From Lachnospiraceae bacterium (GTDB lineage: Bacteria > Bacillota > Clostridia > Lachnospirales > Lachnospiraceae), in NCBI GenBank assembly GCA_045629005.1, contig JAZQQJ010000025.1:1636-65635 (forward strand): a stretch of 64,000 bases of DNA, read 5' to 3'. Under the pieces are notes generated by a model, which was not told the origin of the DNA, ran no database searches, and saw nothing but the letters and a program-made list of their open reading frames with translations. This document shows, in pieces, positions 9,306 to 18,899 of this stretch (position 1 is its first letter; every line of letters begins with the position of its first letter). The position numbers and the translations under genes are program-made.

Positions 9306-11105
9306 CTACTTATTTTCAACCTTCTCAAGTCTTCCGAAGAAGATTTCATGAGCATCGTTATATTCTTTATTGTACTTTTCGTTAGCGCCCTGATGTAAAA
9401 GTGATGTGTAGTTGTGTGCCTTGTCAGCATCAGGCTCAACACGTGCAACTACAGCAATGCCGACATTTGAGCATATGTCGGAGATTCTTTCCGCATTTGT
9501 AAGCACGTCCATAAATACAGTACCCTGGAAGACATCACATTCTCCCTCTCTGAGCCTTATGTAATGATTGTCTTTCAAGGTTGCCACGAGATCGTCAACA
9601 ACCTGCTCAAGCGGCTCAATGTGACGTGCACTTTCGATATCTCTGAATTGGAAAGCCTTTGTAGTATATTCAAGTATTCTGTCAAGCAGTGACTGAAGGA
9701 CACGTAATTCCTCAAGTGCACTGTCAGAAAGCTTGAAACCCTTTTCCGCAAGGTTCTTGGCACATTCGGAAATATTAACGGCATGGTCCCCGAGACGTTC
9801 AAACTCCTCAGTAGTCTTAAAATACTGGTCGAAAATGTCAACGTGATTCTCAGCTCTGACATAAGGAGACATTTTGGCAAGATAGTGGCTCACACCATCC
9901 GTAAGCCTGTCGATGTTGTCCTCTTCTTCCATAACTTCGTTAAATTTGGCTTCATCGTATTCATTAAGCAGTCCGATAGCAATTGAAATGTTTGAAATTG
10001 CTGCCGAAAGCATTGTAAGAAGCGCATTGTAGCAGCCTCTGAAGGCAATAGCGGGAGTACTGAAGAATGAAGGGTTGAGTGCTTCAATCTTATCTTCATA
10101 TTTCCAGCCTTTATTGTCTTCTTCCTTTATTATCTTTCTGGCAAGCTTCTCATAGACCGGAATTAACGGGAAAAGACAAATTGCACAGCCAAGATTGAAC
10201 ACAGTATTTGTATTCGCAATACCACCGGAATTGATGGGTGCTTCCCAAATCGAATCAAGAAGTCCAACGCTATGAACTATTGTAACGACAACAAGGACAA
10301 GGACTGTTTCGCTGAGGTTAAAGAGAATGTTGACAATACCGACACGTCTTGCCTCTGCCTTTGCACCGATAGAGCATACTATTGCGGTTGTAACACAGTC
10401 ACCGAGATAAATACCTACAACAACCGCATATATTGCCTTAAAGGTCAAATCCCCAGACAATGAAAATGCCTGCAAAATACCGATTGTCGCGGAAGAACTT
10501 TGCAGAACAAAAGCAACGCCCGCACCTGTAGCATAGCCGAGGATAGGATTGCCCGAGAGATTGGAAAAGAGGCTGTCAAATGCTCCGGATTCGGAAAGTG
10601 CATTAACAGAGCCCGTCATATTCAGAAGTCCGCTGAAAAGGATACCAAAGCCGATGGCAATGCTTCCGACTCCCTGAGTCTTTTTAGCCTTGAAGCCCAT
10701 TATAAGAATAATACCAAGAATAAGTGCCAGGGGTGCCAGTGTGGAAGGCTTGAAAATCTGAAGCCACGATGATCCCGATGCATCAACATCAAGGAGACGG
10801 ATAATCTGACCGGTAACTGTCGTTCCGACGTTTGCACCGATGATTATTCCGAGAGACTGTTTAAGAGTGATAATGCCTGCGCCAACGAGGCCGGCAGTAA
10901 TAACAATTGTCGCTGTTGAAGACTGTATAACGGCAGTAACGAATACACCAAGCAGGAATGCCTTGATGGGATTGTTTGTGACTTTTTCCATAGCCACCTT
11001 CAAAGTACCTGAAGAACTTTCCCTCAGGCTGTTTCCCATAAGACGCATACCATACAGAAACATGGCAAGCCCGCCAAATAACGTAATTACGTCAAAAATG
11101 CTCAT
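9306..11105 (-). CDS. Na+/phosphate cotransporter family protein with C-terminal PhoU-like domain
   Basis: 599 aa. Polytopic N-terminal half with a GANVGTT motif and a helical C-terminal half resembling PhoU repeats. Confidence 0.8.
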   Translation of the reverse strand: MSIFDVITLFGGLAMFLYGMRLMGNSLRESSSGTLKVAMEKVTNNPIKAFLLGVFVTAVIQSSTATIVITAGLVGAGIITLKQSLGIIIGANVGTTVTGQIIRLLDVDASGSSWLQIFKPSTLAPLALILGIILIMGFKAKKTQGVGSIAIGFGILFSGLLNMTGSVNALSESGAFDSLFSNLSGNPILGYATGAGVAFVLQSSSATIGILQAFSLSGDLTFKAIYAVVVGIYLGDCVTTAIVCSIGAKAEARRVGIVNILFNLSETVLVLVVVTIVHSVGLLDSIWEAPINSGGIANTNTVFNLGCAICLFPLIPVYEKLARKIIKEEDNKGWKYEDKIEALNPSFFSTPAIAFRGCYNALLTMLSAAISNISIAIGLLNEYDEAKFNEVMEEEDNIDRLTDGVSHYLAKMSPYVRAENHVDIFDQYFKTTEEFERLGDHAVNISECAKNLAEKGFKLSDSALEELRVLQSLLDRILEYTTKAFQFRDIESARHIEPLEQVVDDLVATLKDNHYIRLREGECDVFQGTVFMDVLTNAERISDICSNVGIAVVARVEPDADKAHNYTSLLHQGANEKYNKEYNDAHEIFFGRLEKVENK

Positions 11106-11152
11106 ACCTTACTCCTTTGCAAAAATGCTGCTTTCATTTTAGCTTTTCGCCT

Positions 11153-11893
11153 TTATTTTCGCAATACTATACAGTCATATCTGATGGTCTTCCCTTCAAG
11201 AGAGTACCCGGGTTTTACTCCCCCGAGGAATGGTCCCTTCAAAGGTCTTTTTACCACAATTTTACGAGGCTCTGCCGACAATGCAGCCTGCATAAGAGTA
11301 TCCTCGTCATTGCTTTGACGTTCGAGAAGATATATCATCTGGAATTTCTTTTTTACAAGAGCGGTATTGTTTTTATCGGGAAACATCGGATCAAGAAGTA
11401 TGACATCAGGCTTTTCCGTAAGCTGTCCAAGGAGTTCTATGCTGTCTCCTTCAATAACATTCATACGCGACACCGTTTCTTTAAGTTCGGGCATCTTCGC
11501 AGCTCTTCTGACAGCGTCTTTAAGAAGAGCACAAATAATAGGGTCACGCTCAAACAATGTTACTCTGTGTCCCGCTGCCGCAAGAAGAATCGAATCCTCA
11601 CCAAGCCCGGCTGTTGCATCAACAATAAAAAGAGGTTCATCCGCGTCCTTGATTTTAGCGGCTTTCAAAAGCGGCTCGTGAAGAAGCCTGCCGTTTTCAA
11701 GGCGATGCCTCATCGCCGCAAAATCACCGTGAAGAACCATTTTCCCGTTCTCAAAAAAGAGCCCGTCTTTGGCAAATCGCAAGACGGGTTCTTCTGTGTT
11801 TTCATTCTTTTCAATTACGACGGTATTGAGCTTCCTTGCCAGCTTTTCAGCAAGTCCCCTGTCTCCGCCTTTATCAAGAAATACTTTAAACAT
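11153..11893 (-). CDS. rsmJ: Class I SAM-dependent methyltransferase, RsmJ-like (16S rRNA m2G)
   Basis: DATAGLGEDSILLAAAGHRVTLFERDP SAM-binding motif, and a length of 246 aa that fits the RsmJ/YhiQ family. Confidence 0.6.
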   Translation of the reverse strand: MFKVFLDKGGDRGLAEKLARKLNTVVIEKNENTEEPVLRFAKDGLFFENGKMVLHGDFAAMRHRLENGRLLHEPLLKAAKIKDADEPLFIVDATAGLGEDSILLAAAGHRVTLFERDPIICALLKDAVRRAAKMPELKETVSRMNVIEGDSIELLGQLTEKPDVILLDPMFPDKNNTALVKKKFQMIYLLERQSNDEDTLMQAALSAEPRKIVVKRPLKGPFLGGVKPGYSLEGKTIRYDCIVLRK

Positions 11894-11972
11894 GATAAAT
11901 CCCTTTGTTACAGCCTTTTATATACTTTACACACAAGGATTATATCATCATTAATCTGCATCATCAATACAA

Positions 11973-14015
11973 TCAGGCACGCTTTCCGCTTACAATTCTA
12001 TAGTATGTGTTGCTTGTAAGCTTATAAACCGTAATATAGCCTATGGCAAATATGGTTACGCATACAGCAGCAATGCCTATAAGAAGCGGAACGTTATTAA
12101 CATGAAAGAGCTTAAGCATTTCAAACATCATCGGCATTGCGAAAGAGAGATGCACTACCGCAAGGAAGGGAGGGAAGAAAAATACTGTAAGCATCTGTGA
12201 ATTGATGCTCTTCTTAATGTCGTTTTTCGTCATTCCGACCTTCTGCATAATTTCGAAGCGCTTCTGGTCTTCAAAGCCCTCCGTAATCTGCTTGTAATAG
12301 ATTATAAGCACTGTTGCAACGATAAAAACAATGCTAAGCAGGATTCCGATGAAGAAAAGGCCACCATACATCGAGAAGAATTCGGCCTTCTCTGTAGCAA
12401 CATCACCTATCGTACACTCAAGGCTTCCGTCATTCCATCTGATTTCTTCGGAAATGCTCTCTACCGCTTCGCTTATCACTGCATACGTATCGGGTGCACC
12501 GGACATATTCCATCCATAGTACCAGTCCGCTCTTACAGGCACTTTTGTGCTTATTTCCACGTCCGAGAAAACCATCGGAGCAAAGGTGCTGTAGGAATCA
12601 ACAACAATACATATGCTGTTAAACAAAAGCTCTGAGTCTTTAGAATACACATACGGAAAATCCGAAGGATTTTCTTTTACTTTAAATGTTTTCAGTCCCT
12701 CAAACTCAAATGTCGGTAATTTATATTTTCCCGCAGTGCAATAAATTATTATTTCATCAGAAGCAAGAGAATCACTTTTTCCGGTAAGAGCATTGTAATC
12801 TTCAATACTCAGGATGTAGAGGTTCTGGCTCTTCTCAAGCTTTTCCGAAGCCTTCATGGTATCGGCACCATAATTGTCATCATAATGGAAAACGCCGTTT
12901 TCAAATATTCCATCACTCTCAAGGTACCTTGAACTTAATGTCGTAGAAAGATCGACACCCTTTTCGGTAAGGAACGCTTCGTAAGTCTTTGTTTTCTCCG
13001 CAAGTGATTCATCGCTAATGGCGTTAACATCATCAAGATAGGCAACAATATGGCAGTCCCTGGGATACTGACGTGCTATGCTGTCTTCTTTACCGAAGAA
13101 AAGGCAGCCCGAGCCCGTAATCATTACCATAACCATTGTAGCGAGAATACAGATTACCGCAAGACCCGCACCATTTCGCTTCATTCTGTACGTCATTGAA
13201 GATACCGATACAAAATGTTTTGCTTTGTAATAATAACCTTTTCTGCTCTTAAGGAATTTGCAAAGAGCAACAGACCCTGAAACAAACAGAAGATCGGTAG
13301 CTAAAATTACAAGTCCGACTGCAATAAAGAAGCATGTAATAGCTGTAATAGTTGTTCTGCATCTGACTGCGATGTAATACGCAACAGCAAGAATTACAAC
13401 ACCAAGAACCGCAAGCACCCAGTTTGCTTTTACGGGTTTTTCTCCCATGCTCTCATTCTTAACGAGCTCAATAGGGTTTGTTTTCTTCACTGCCCGAAGG
13501 GATCTTAGCAGGATAATAATAAACAGTATTGCATAAAACACAATTGTTCTAATAACCGAAGAAAATTCAAAGGTCAGTCCGTATGTTACTTCCAAATCAA
13601 CAAATCTCAGGAGACACACCTCGGAAAATTTCTCCAGAAGCATTCCGACAGCAAGACCACCTGCGATACAAACACCTGCGGAAATAGCATTTTCCCACAA
13701 AAGAATCTTTGAAAGGTTCTTCTTGTCCATACCAAGAACATTATAAAGTCCAAATTCTTTTAGTCTGCGTTTTATCAGGAAAGAATTGACATAAAGCATG
13801 TATGTAATAGAGAAAAAGAATATTACATACATTCCGAGATAAAGAACAACAACCAATGTTGTGCTCATTTCTGCAACGGACTGCTTTCTTGAAAGCGCAT
13901 CCAAAATGTAATAAATGGATATTACACACATTCCCATAATGAAATAGGGAATGTACAGCTGTTTATTGTTTTTAATGCCGTTCAGGGCAAGTTTTCTGTA
14001 TAATCCCTGTTTCAT
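11973..14015 (-). CDS. BceB-type ABC transporter permease (FtsX domains, large extracellular loop)
   Basis: 680 aa with about 10 TM helices and a roughly 200-aa extracytoplasmic insert. Its start overlaps the stop of the upstream ATPase gene by 1 nt. Confidence 0.85.
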   Translation of the reverse strand: MKQGLYRKLALNGIKNNKQLYIPYFIMGMCVISIYYILDALSRKQSVAEMSTTLVVVLYLGMYVIFFFSITYMLYVNSFLIKRRLKEFGLYNVLGMDKKNLSKILLWENAISAGVCIAGGLAVGMLLEKFSEVCLLRFVDLEVTYGLTFEFSSVIRTIVFYAILFIIILLRSLRAVKKTNPIELVKNESMGEKPVKANWVLAVLGVVILAVAYYIAVRCRTTITAITCFFIAVGLVILATDLLFVSGSVALCKFLKSRKGYYYKAKHFVSVSSMTYRMKRNGAGLAVICILATMVMVMITGSGCLFFGKEDSIARQYPRDCHIVAYLDDVNAISDESLAEKTKTYEAFLTEKGVDLSTTLSSRYLESDGIFENGVFHYDDNYGADTMKASEKLEKSQNLYILSIEDYNALTGKSDSLASDEIIIYCTAGKYKLPTFEFEGLKTFKVKENPSDFPYVYSKDSELLFNSICIVVDSYSTFAPMVFSDVEISTKVPVRADWYYGWNMSGAPDTYAVISEAVESISEEIRWNDGSLECTIGDVATEKAEFFSMYGGLFFIGILLSIVFIVATVLIIYYKQITEGFEDQKRFEIMQKVGMTKNDIKKSINSQMLTVFFFPPFLAVVHLSFAMPMMFEMLKLFHVNNVPLLIGIAAVCVTIFAIGYITVYKLTSNTYYRIVSGKRA

Positions 14016-14773
14016 TATCTGTCTCCTGCCTGAAGCATTGTAAGAGTTTCGCTGACTTTCTGGTAAAGCTGCTCATTTGTCATCTCGCCGCGGAAAAGCT
14101 GATGATATACTTCTCCGTCCTTAATGAAAAGGATGCGGTTTGCATGGCTTGCTGCCTTGACCGAATGTGTAACCATAAGAATAGTCTGCCCGCCTTTGTT
14201 AATCCTTCCGAACATTTTAAGGAGCTCGTCCGTAGCCTTTGAATCAAGTGCACCGGTAGGTTCATCGGCAAGTATAATCTTGGGATTTGTGATAAGTGCT
14301 CTCGCAACTGCCGCACGCTGTTTCTGGCCACCGGACACTTCGTAAGGGTATTTCTTAATAAGATCGGAAATGCCAAGCTGTTCGGCAATAGGCGTAAGTT
14401 TTTCAGCCATCTCACTATGCGGTCTGTTTGCAAGAACAAGAGGTAAATATATGTTGTCCTCCAAAGAGAATGTATCAAGCAAATTAAACTCCTGGAATAC
14501 AAATCCAAGATTATCGCGTCTGAAAGCAGCAACTTCGCTTTCTTTTACTTTGGAAAGGTCGTTTCCGTCAAGAATTACCTGTCCGCCGGTTGCTTTGTCA
14601 AGTGCAGCAAGGATATTGAGGAGTGTTGTTTTTCCGCTTCCCGACTCACCCATGATTGCAACGTACTCGCCGTTCTCAACAGAAAAGCTTACGTTCTTAA
14701 GTGCTTCGACCTGATTCTTTCCAAGTCTTGTTGTATAAATCTTTTTTACATTTTTAACTTCCAGTAAACTCAT
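14015..14773 (-). CDS. BceA-type ABC transporter ATP-binding protein
   Basis: Walker A GESGSGKTT, signature SGGQKQR, Walker B ILADEPTGALD. Track start is 14791, but ATG 14773 has AAGGGA 8 nt upstream. Confidence 0.85.
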   Translation of the reverse strand: MSLLEVKNVKKIYTTRLGKNQVEALKNVSFSVENGEYVAIMGESGSGKTTLLNILAALDKATGGQVILDGNDLSKVKESEVAAFRRDNLGFVFQEFNLLDTFSLEDNIYLPLVLANRPHSEMAEKLTPIAEQLGISDLIKKYPYEVSGGQKQRAAVARALITNPKIILADEPTGALDSKATDELLKMFGRINKGGQTILMVTHSVKAASHANRILFIKDGEVYHQLFRGEMTNEQLYQKVSETLTMLQAGDR

Positions 14774-14926
14774 TATTATGTTCCCTTTCATAGATGTTGT
14801 TACTTTATGCAGCCCTTCAACCCCTCTTCTGCGTGCCGCATCTGACCACCATTATATTTCAAAAAAGAACCGTGCACCATCGAAACGGCTTACAGTTCTT
14901 TTGAATCACCTTACAAAATTGTCACA

Positions 14927-15919
14927 TCATTCATGCACTCGTTTTTCTGTTGGGAATCCGATGCTCACAATTGTTCCTTTGCCACGTTCCGATTCCGCAC
15001 GCAGATTAACGCCAAGATTATTACAGATGCGTCTGCATAAATAAAGGCCCAAACCGCTTGCCTTTTTATCCGAACGTCCGTTAAAACCGGTATAACCCTT
15101 GTCAAATATTCTGGGAACGTCCTCGGGCGCAATGCCTATTCCCGTGTCCTTAATGCATAATGCATATTCATGTTCGTGCTCCTCCGAATATATCTTCACA
15201 GAGCCTTCATGTGTATACTTCAAAGCATTGGAAAGAACCTGTCCGACAACAAAGCTGAGCCATTTGTCATCTGTAAGCACCTGTTTTTCAAGAGGCTCGT
15301 ATTCAAGACTGATTCCTTTGCTTATAAACTGGCCTGCCTGCTTACGGACGGCCTGCTTAACCACCTCATCAATATCGTACTCTTTGAAAACGTAATCCGT
15401 AGTTTCAGAGTCGAGGCGAAGATAACACATAACCATTTCAACATATTGTTCTATGTCGGTCAGGTCTCGGCTTATTTTTCTGGCCAGCGCCGAATCTTCA
15501 TTCTGCAAGGTCAGGCGCATTGATGCAATGGGCGTTTTTATCTGATGAACCCAAAGAGTGTAATAATCAAGCATTTCGGAGAAATTACCATCTGCACTCG
15601 CAACAAACGTTCTCGCATTTTCCTGTAATGCCTCTATGATTTGCTTATAATCATCATCATATGCACCCGTGTAATCCTCAAGTTCATTTAAAAGATTCTC
15701 GGGAATTGTAACGAGTTCCATAAGATGAAGACGTTTCTTTTTGAACTTTGAGTAATCAAACGCTGCAATCACGATAAGAATAACAAGATAAACGAAGGAA
15801 GGGTATAACACCGCTTCCAACGGAAGTTCGTACAATGCCAAACAGGCAAGCTGAAATGCAAAAAGCCCAAACAAAAGCACGGCGGGAAGTATTCTCTTTT
15901 TGATATAGCTCTGTAACAT
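14927..15919 (-). CDS. Intramembrane-sensing histidine kinase (BceS-like)
   Basis: Two N-terminal TM helices with a minimal loop, H-box HQIKTPIASMRL, and ATPase G-boxes DTGIGI and SGLGLYL. Confidence 0.85.
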   Translation of the reverse strand: MLQSYIKKRILPAVLLFGLFAFQLACLALYELPLEAVLYPSFVYLVILIVIAAFDYSKFKKKRLHLMELVTIPENLLNELEDYTGAYDDDYKQIIEALQENARTFVASADGNFSEMLDYYTLWVHQIKTPIASMRLTLQNEDSALARKISRDLTDIEQYVEMVMCYLRLDSETTDYVFKEYDIDEVVKQAVRKQAGQFISKGISLEYEPLEKQVLTDDKWLSFVVGQVLSNALKYTHEGSVKIYSEEHEHEYALCIKDTGIGIAPEDVPRIFDKGYTGFNGRSDKKASGLGLYLCRRICNNLGVNLRAESERGKGTIVSIGFPTEKRVHE

Positions 15920-15931
15920 ATTATCCTCTTT

Positions 15932-16603
15932 TTAGGAAATAATGTATCCCATTCCGACTTTAGTTTCGATAAAGCCGGGAAGCCCGTTCTCCTCAAGCTT
16001 TTTCCTGAGTCTGCCAACATTAACGGTGAGTGTGTTTTCATCTACAAAGGTGTCTGTCTTCCAAAGTGCTTCCATAAGCTTTTCACGGCTTACGGTCTTG
16101 CCCTTGTTCTGCATAAGAATAAGCAGAATGCGGAATTCATTCTTTGAAAGAGCAATCTGTTTGTCATTATACATAAAAGTGTTGTCACCCGTGTTCAGGA
16201 ACGCACCTTTATGCTCAAGAATCGGAACTGAATCCGCGAAATCATATACACGTCTGAGAATTGCCTGGACCTTTGCAACAAGTACATTTCCGTCAAACGG
16301 CTTTGCTATAAAGTCATCGCCTCCCATGTTCATTGCCATAACAATATTCATATTGTCGGAAGCAGATGAAATAAACACAATCGGCACTTTTGAGAGCTTA
16401 CGAATTTCAGAACACCAGTAAAATCCGTTATAAAACGGAAGCCCGATATCCATAAGAACAAGATGCGGCTCCGCCTTGACAAACTCTTCAGTAACCTTGG
16501 AGAAATCATTAATTACGAGAGTTTCAATATTCCACGGCTTAAGGACATTTTTAATGCCTTCGCGAATGCCTTCTTCATCCTCAATAACAAGTACTTTGTA
16601 CAT
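15932..16603 (-). CDS. OmpR-family response regulator (BceR-like)
   Basis: Receiver domain MYKVLVIEDEE...LVLMDIGLP with a C-terminal winged helix. ATG 16603 follows AAGGAAAGGA. The track extension to 16645 lacks an RBS. Confidence 0.85.
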   Translation of the reverse strand: MYKVLVIEDEEGIREGIKNVLKPWNIETLVINDFSKVTEEFVKAEPHLVLMDIGLPFYNGFYWCSEIRKLSKVPIVFISSASDNMNIVMAMNMGGDDFIAKPFDGNVLVAKVQAILRRVYDFADSVPILEHKGAFLNTGDNTFMYNDKQIALSKNEFRILLILMQNKGKTVSREKLMEALWKTDTFVDENTLTVNVGRLRKKLEENGLPGFIETKVGMGYIIS

Positions 16604-16743
16604 ATCAGTATCCTTTCCTTTGACATATCTGTTTAACAATATCACACATTGTAACAGAAAAAAAGAGGGAACCGCCCCAATGTCTTCACAGTTTAAAGAT
16701 ATTGGTTCCGATTCCCTATTAATCGAAATGTTTTACTTTAAAA

Positions 16744-17184
16744 TCATCCGAATCTTCTTACAAGCGTAACGATTACAACAGTTGCCTCAACGATGGCACA
16801 TGTTGTGCCGGTAAACATAACAGCAGTTGCAGCAGTATCTTTTGCATCACGTATGCCGTCTCTTATTTCATCGGTGCAGTAATTGCACAGATATTCAATA
16901 GCTGTGTTTATAAACTCAGAAGCGAGCAGCATAACGGCTGAAAGAAGGAATATAAGCCAGAACTCCACGCTTATTCTGAGCACGGTATTGATAATGAGAA
17001 AGGCAACAGCAAAGAACATATACTTACGAAGATTCTTCTCTGTTTTAAAGGACTGCTTCAGGCCTGCGACCGCACAACATAAACTCTCGTAAAAGTTCAT
17101 ATTCTTCATCTCATGCCCGTAATGATATTCTTTTCCCGCTTTTTTCATGTTTTTCCCCAACACATATTTTTTTGCAGTATACAA
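16744..17184 (-). CDS. dgkA: DgkA-family lipid kinase (diacylglycerol/undecaprenol kinase)
   Basis: Three TM helices and the family motif SEFINTAIE...AKDTAATAV. The exact start codon is uncertain. Confidence 0.7.
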   Translation of the reverse strand: MYTAKKYVLGKNMKKAGKEYHYGHEMKNMNFYESLCCAVAGLKQSFKTEKNLRKYMFFAVAFLIINTVLRISVEFWLIFLLSAVMLLASEFINTAIEYLCNYCTDEIRDGIRDAKDTAATAVMFTGTTCAIVEATVVIVTLVRRFG

Positions 17185-17204
17185 TAATCGGTTTGCCTTT
17201 TCAA

Positions 17205-18899
17205 CTATTTGTATTCAACCGCATTTACTATTGTAGTGTTTATTTCTCCTGACGCAACAGAATATTCAAAAGTGTATGATATTACGTCATTAAGTTTGAT
17301 TCCGGCCAGTGTATTTCCGTATGCATCCGTCTCCTCCGATGCAATTCTCGAAGCAATATCCGTTGCAATAAGCTCGGATATTTTTTTAGACCCCTGGAAT
17401 GAGGAATGAAGGCTGTCAACGCTCTTCTCCGTCTTTGCATTATACAGATGATACGTCTGTTCAACGTATGTTCTTCCTACGATACTGTACCATTCACCGG
17501 TCATCTTCGCATTGTCAATGAGGAAAACACCCTTTTCCTTTGCAAGCTCACGTATTGTCTCTGCAAACGGATAAAGTCCGCTTCCTTCAGGCTCGTCGTG
17601 CTCACCAAGATCAGCCCCGTCCTTGCTCTTCCAAAACTTTGCAGTCTGCTGGCTTGTCACAAGCACAGGAACAACCTTATGTTCCAGACACCAATCAATC
17701 ATAATCGAAAGATATTCTTTCATTTCCTCGGTATTGCTGTATGTTCTGTCGTTTATTCCCTCCTGGATTATGAAATAATCGCCGGGCTTTGCATTGTTTG
17801 TAATTCCCTTAAAATACATTTCATACCAGCTTCTTGCATATGTTCCGCCTGCTCCGAGCGAGTCAACAATTACTTCATCGGTTGTATAATGGTGGAACAG
17901 CTGTCCCCATCCGGTCTGTGCCGTTCCTGCGGCAAACTCGGCCTCGTCAAGTCTGGGATAATACGTCTGTATCGTAGAATCGCCGGCGATATAAATGTGT
18001 GTCTTTCTGGGAATAAGCTGAGAAACCCTTCTGAATTCGATATAGCACATATTCCCGTCACCAATGCTGGAGAGTCTGGCTTCTCCACCTTCGACAACAA
18101 TATCCTGTGCACTGAATATTTTGTCTTCTCCTTTTCTGTCCGTTCCGCCGATTCCGACATTAACGCCAAATGAGCCTTCATTTATTCTCAAGGTGGATCT
18201 GCCCATTTCTGCCTTTTTCACGGTTACATCGTACATACCGTCGGGAATGGCCGCAACAAAACAATACGAATCTGTTCGGAGGTTTACACCTCTCGGATGC
18301 GTATCGACCTTTCCCTCAAAGCCGGCATCTTTTGTAGCATCATAAACCTCGGTCCAAGGGATATTAACATAACCGTCTTCCGCAGATGATGTATCCTTTC
18401 CGAGGCTGTATTTAAGAACAACAGACACTTCGTATTCAAGAACGGGCTTTTCAAAATCTACATGTACAACGCCATCTGCAGCCTTAACAACGACCTGCGT
18501 ATAATCATTCTCACCGAATACAGCCGTTACAAGGTAATCCGCATTCACACCGAAGTTCTTCATCGCAGAAACATCAAGTTCAACATATGTCACGGTATTT
18601 CCGGACTCTGCTTTTCCAACGATGGTAAACTCGTCCATATTGTATTGTCTTGGAGCAGGAGTACTCGTAGGCGGTTCGGACGTTGGTTCCTCCACAATTT
18701 CCGGTGCTTCTGTTACTGCAGCAGGTGCCTCTGTTAACACCGCATCCGGTGCTTCAGTCATTATTACCGCATGCGTAACATCTGCTGTGGGTGTAACAGT
18801 CTGCGTTCCTGTGTCTCCTTTACATCCCGTAAAAACTACGGCAGCAAAAACTGCTGCCGTAACAAAAATCAGATTTTTAAACTGCCTTTTCAGCATCAT
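17205..18899 (-). CDS. SGNH/GDSL esterase lipoprotein, CE12 rhamnogalacturonan-acetylesterase-like C-terminal domain
   Basis: Lipobox VFTGC follows MMLKRQFKNLIFV. ATG 18899/18896 is preceded by AAGGGG. SGNH blocks present: IYIAGDSTIQTY, GGTYARSW, QEGINDR, DSLH. The track N-terminal extension is rejected. Confidence 0.8.
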   Translation of the reverse strand: MMLKRQFKNLIFVTAAVFAAVVFTGCKGDTGTQTVTPTADVTHAVIMTEAPDAVLTEAPAAVTEAPEIVEEPTSEPPTSTPAPRQYNMDEFTIVGKAESGNTVTYVELDVSAMKNFGVNADYLVTAVFGENDYTQVVVKAADGVVHVDFEKPVLEYEVSVVLKYSLGKDTSSAEDGYVNIPWTEVYDATKDAGFEGKVDTHPRGVNLRTDSYCFVAAIPDGMYDVTVKKAEMGRSTLRINEGSFGVNVGIGGTDRKGEDKIFSAQDIVVEGGEARLSSIGDGNMCYIEFRRVSQLIPRKTHIYIAGDSTIQTYYPRLDEAEFAAGTAQTGWGQLFHHYTTDEVIVDSLGAGGTYARSWYEMYFKGITNNAKPGDYFIIQEGINDRTYSNTEEMKEYLSIMIDWCLEHKVVPVLVTSQQTAKFWKSKDGADLGEHDEPEGSGLYPFAETIRELAKEKGVFLIDNAKMTGEWYSIVGRTYVEQTYHLYNAKTEKSVDSLHSSFQGSKKISELIATDIASRIASEETDAYGNTLAGIKLNDVISYTFEYSVASGEINTTIVNAVEYK

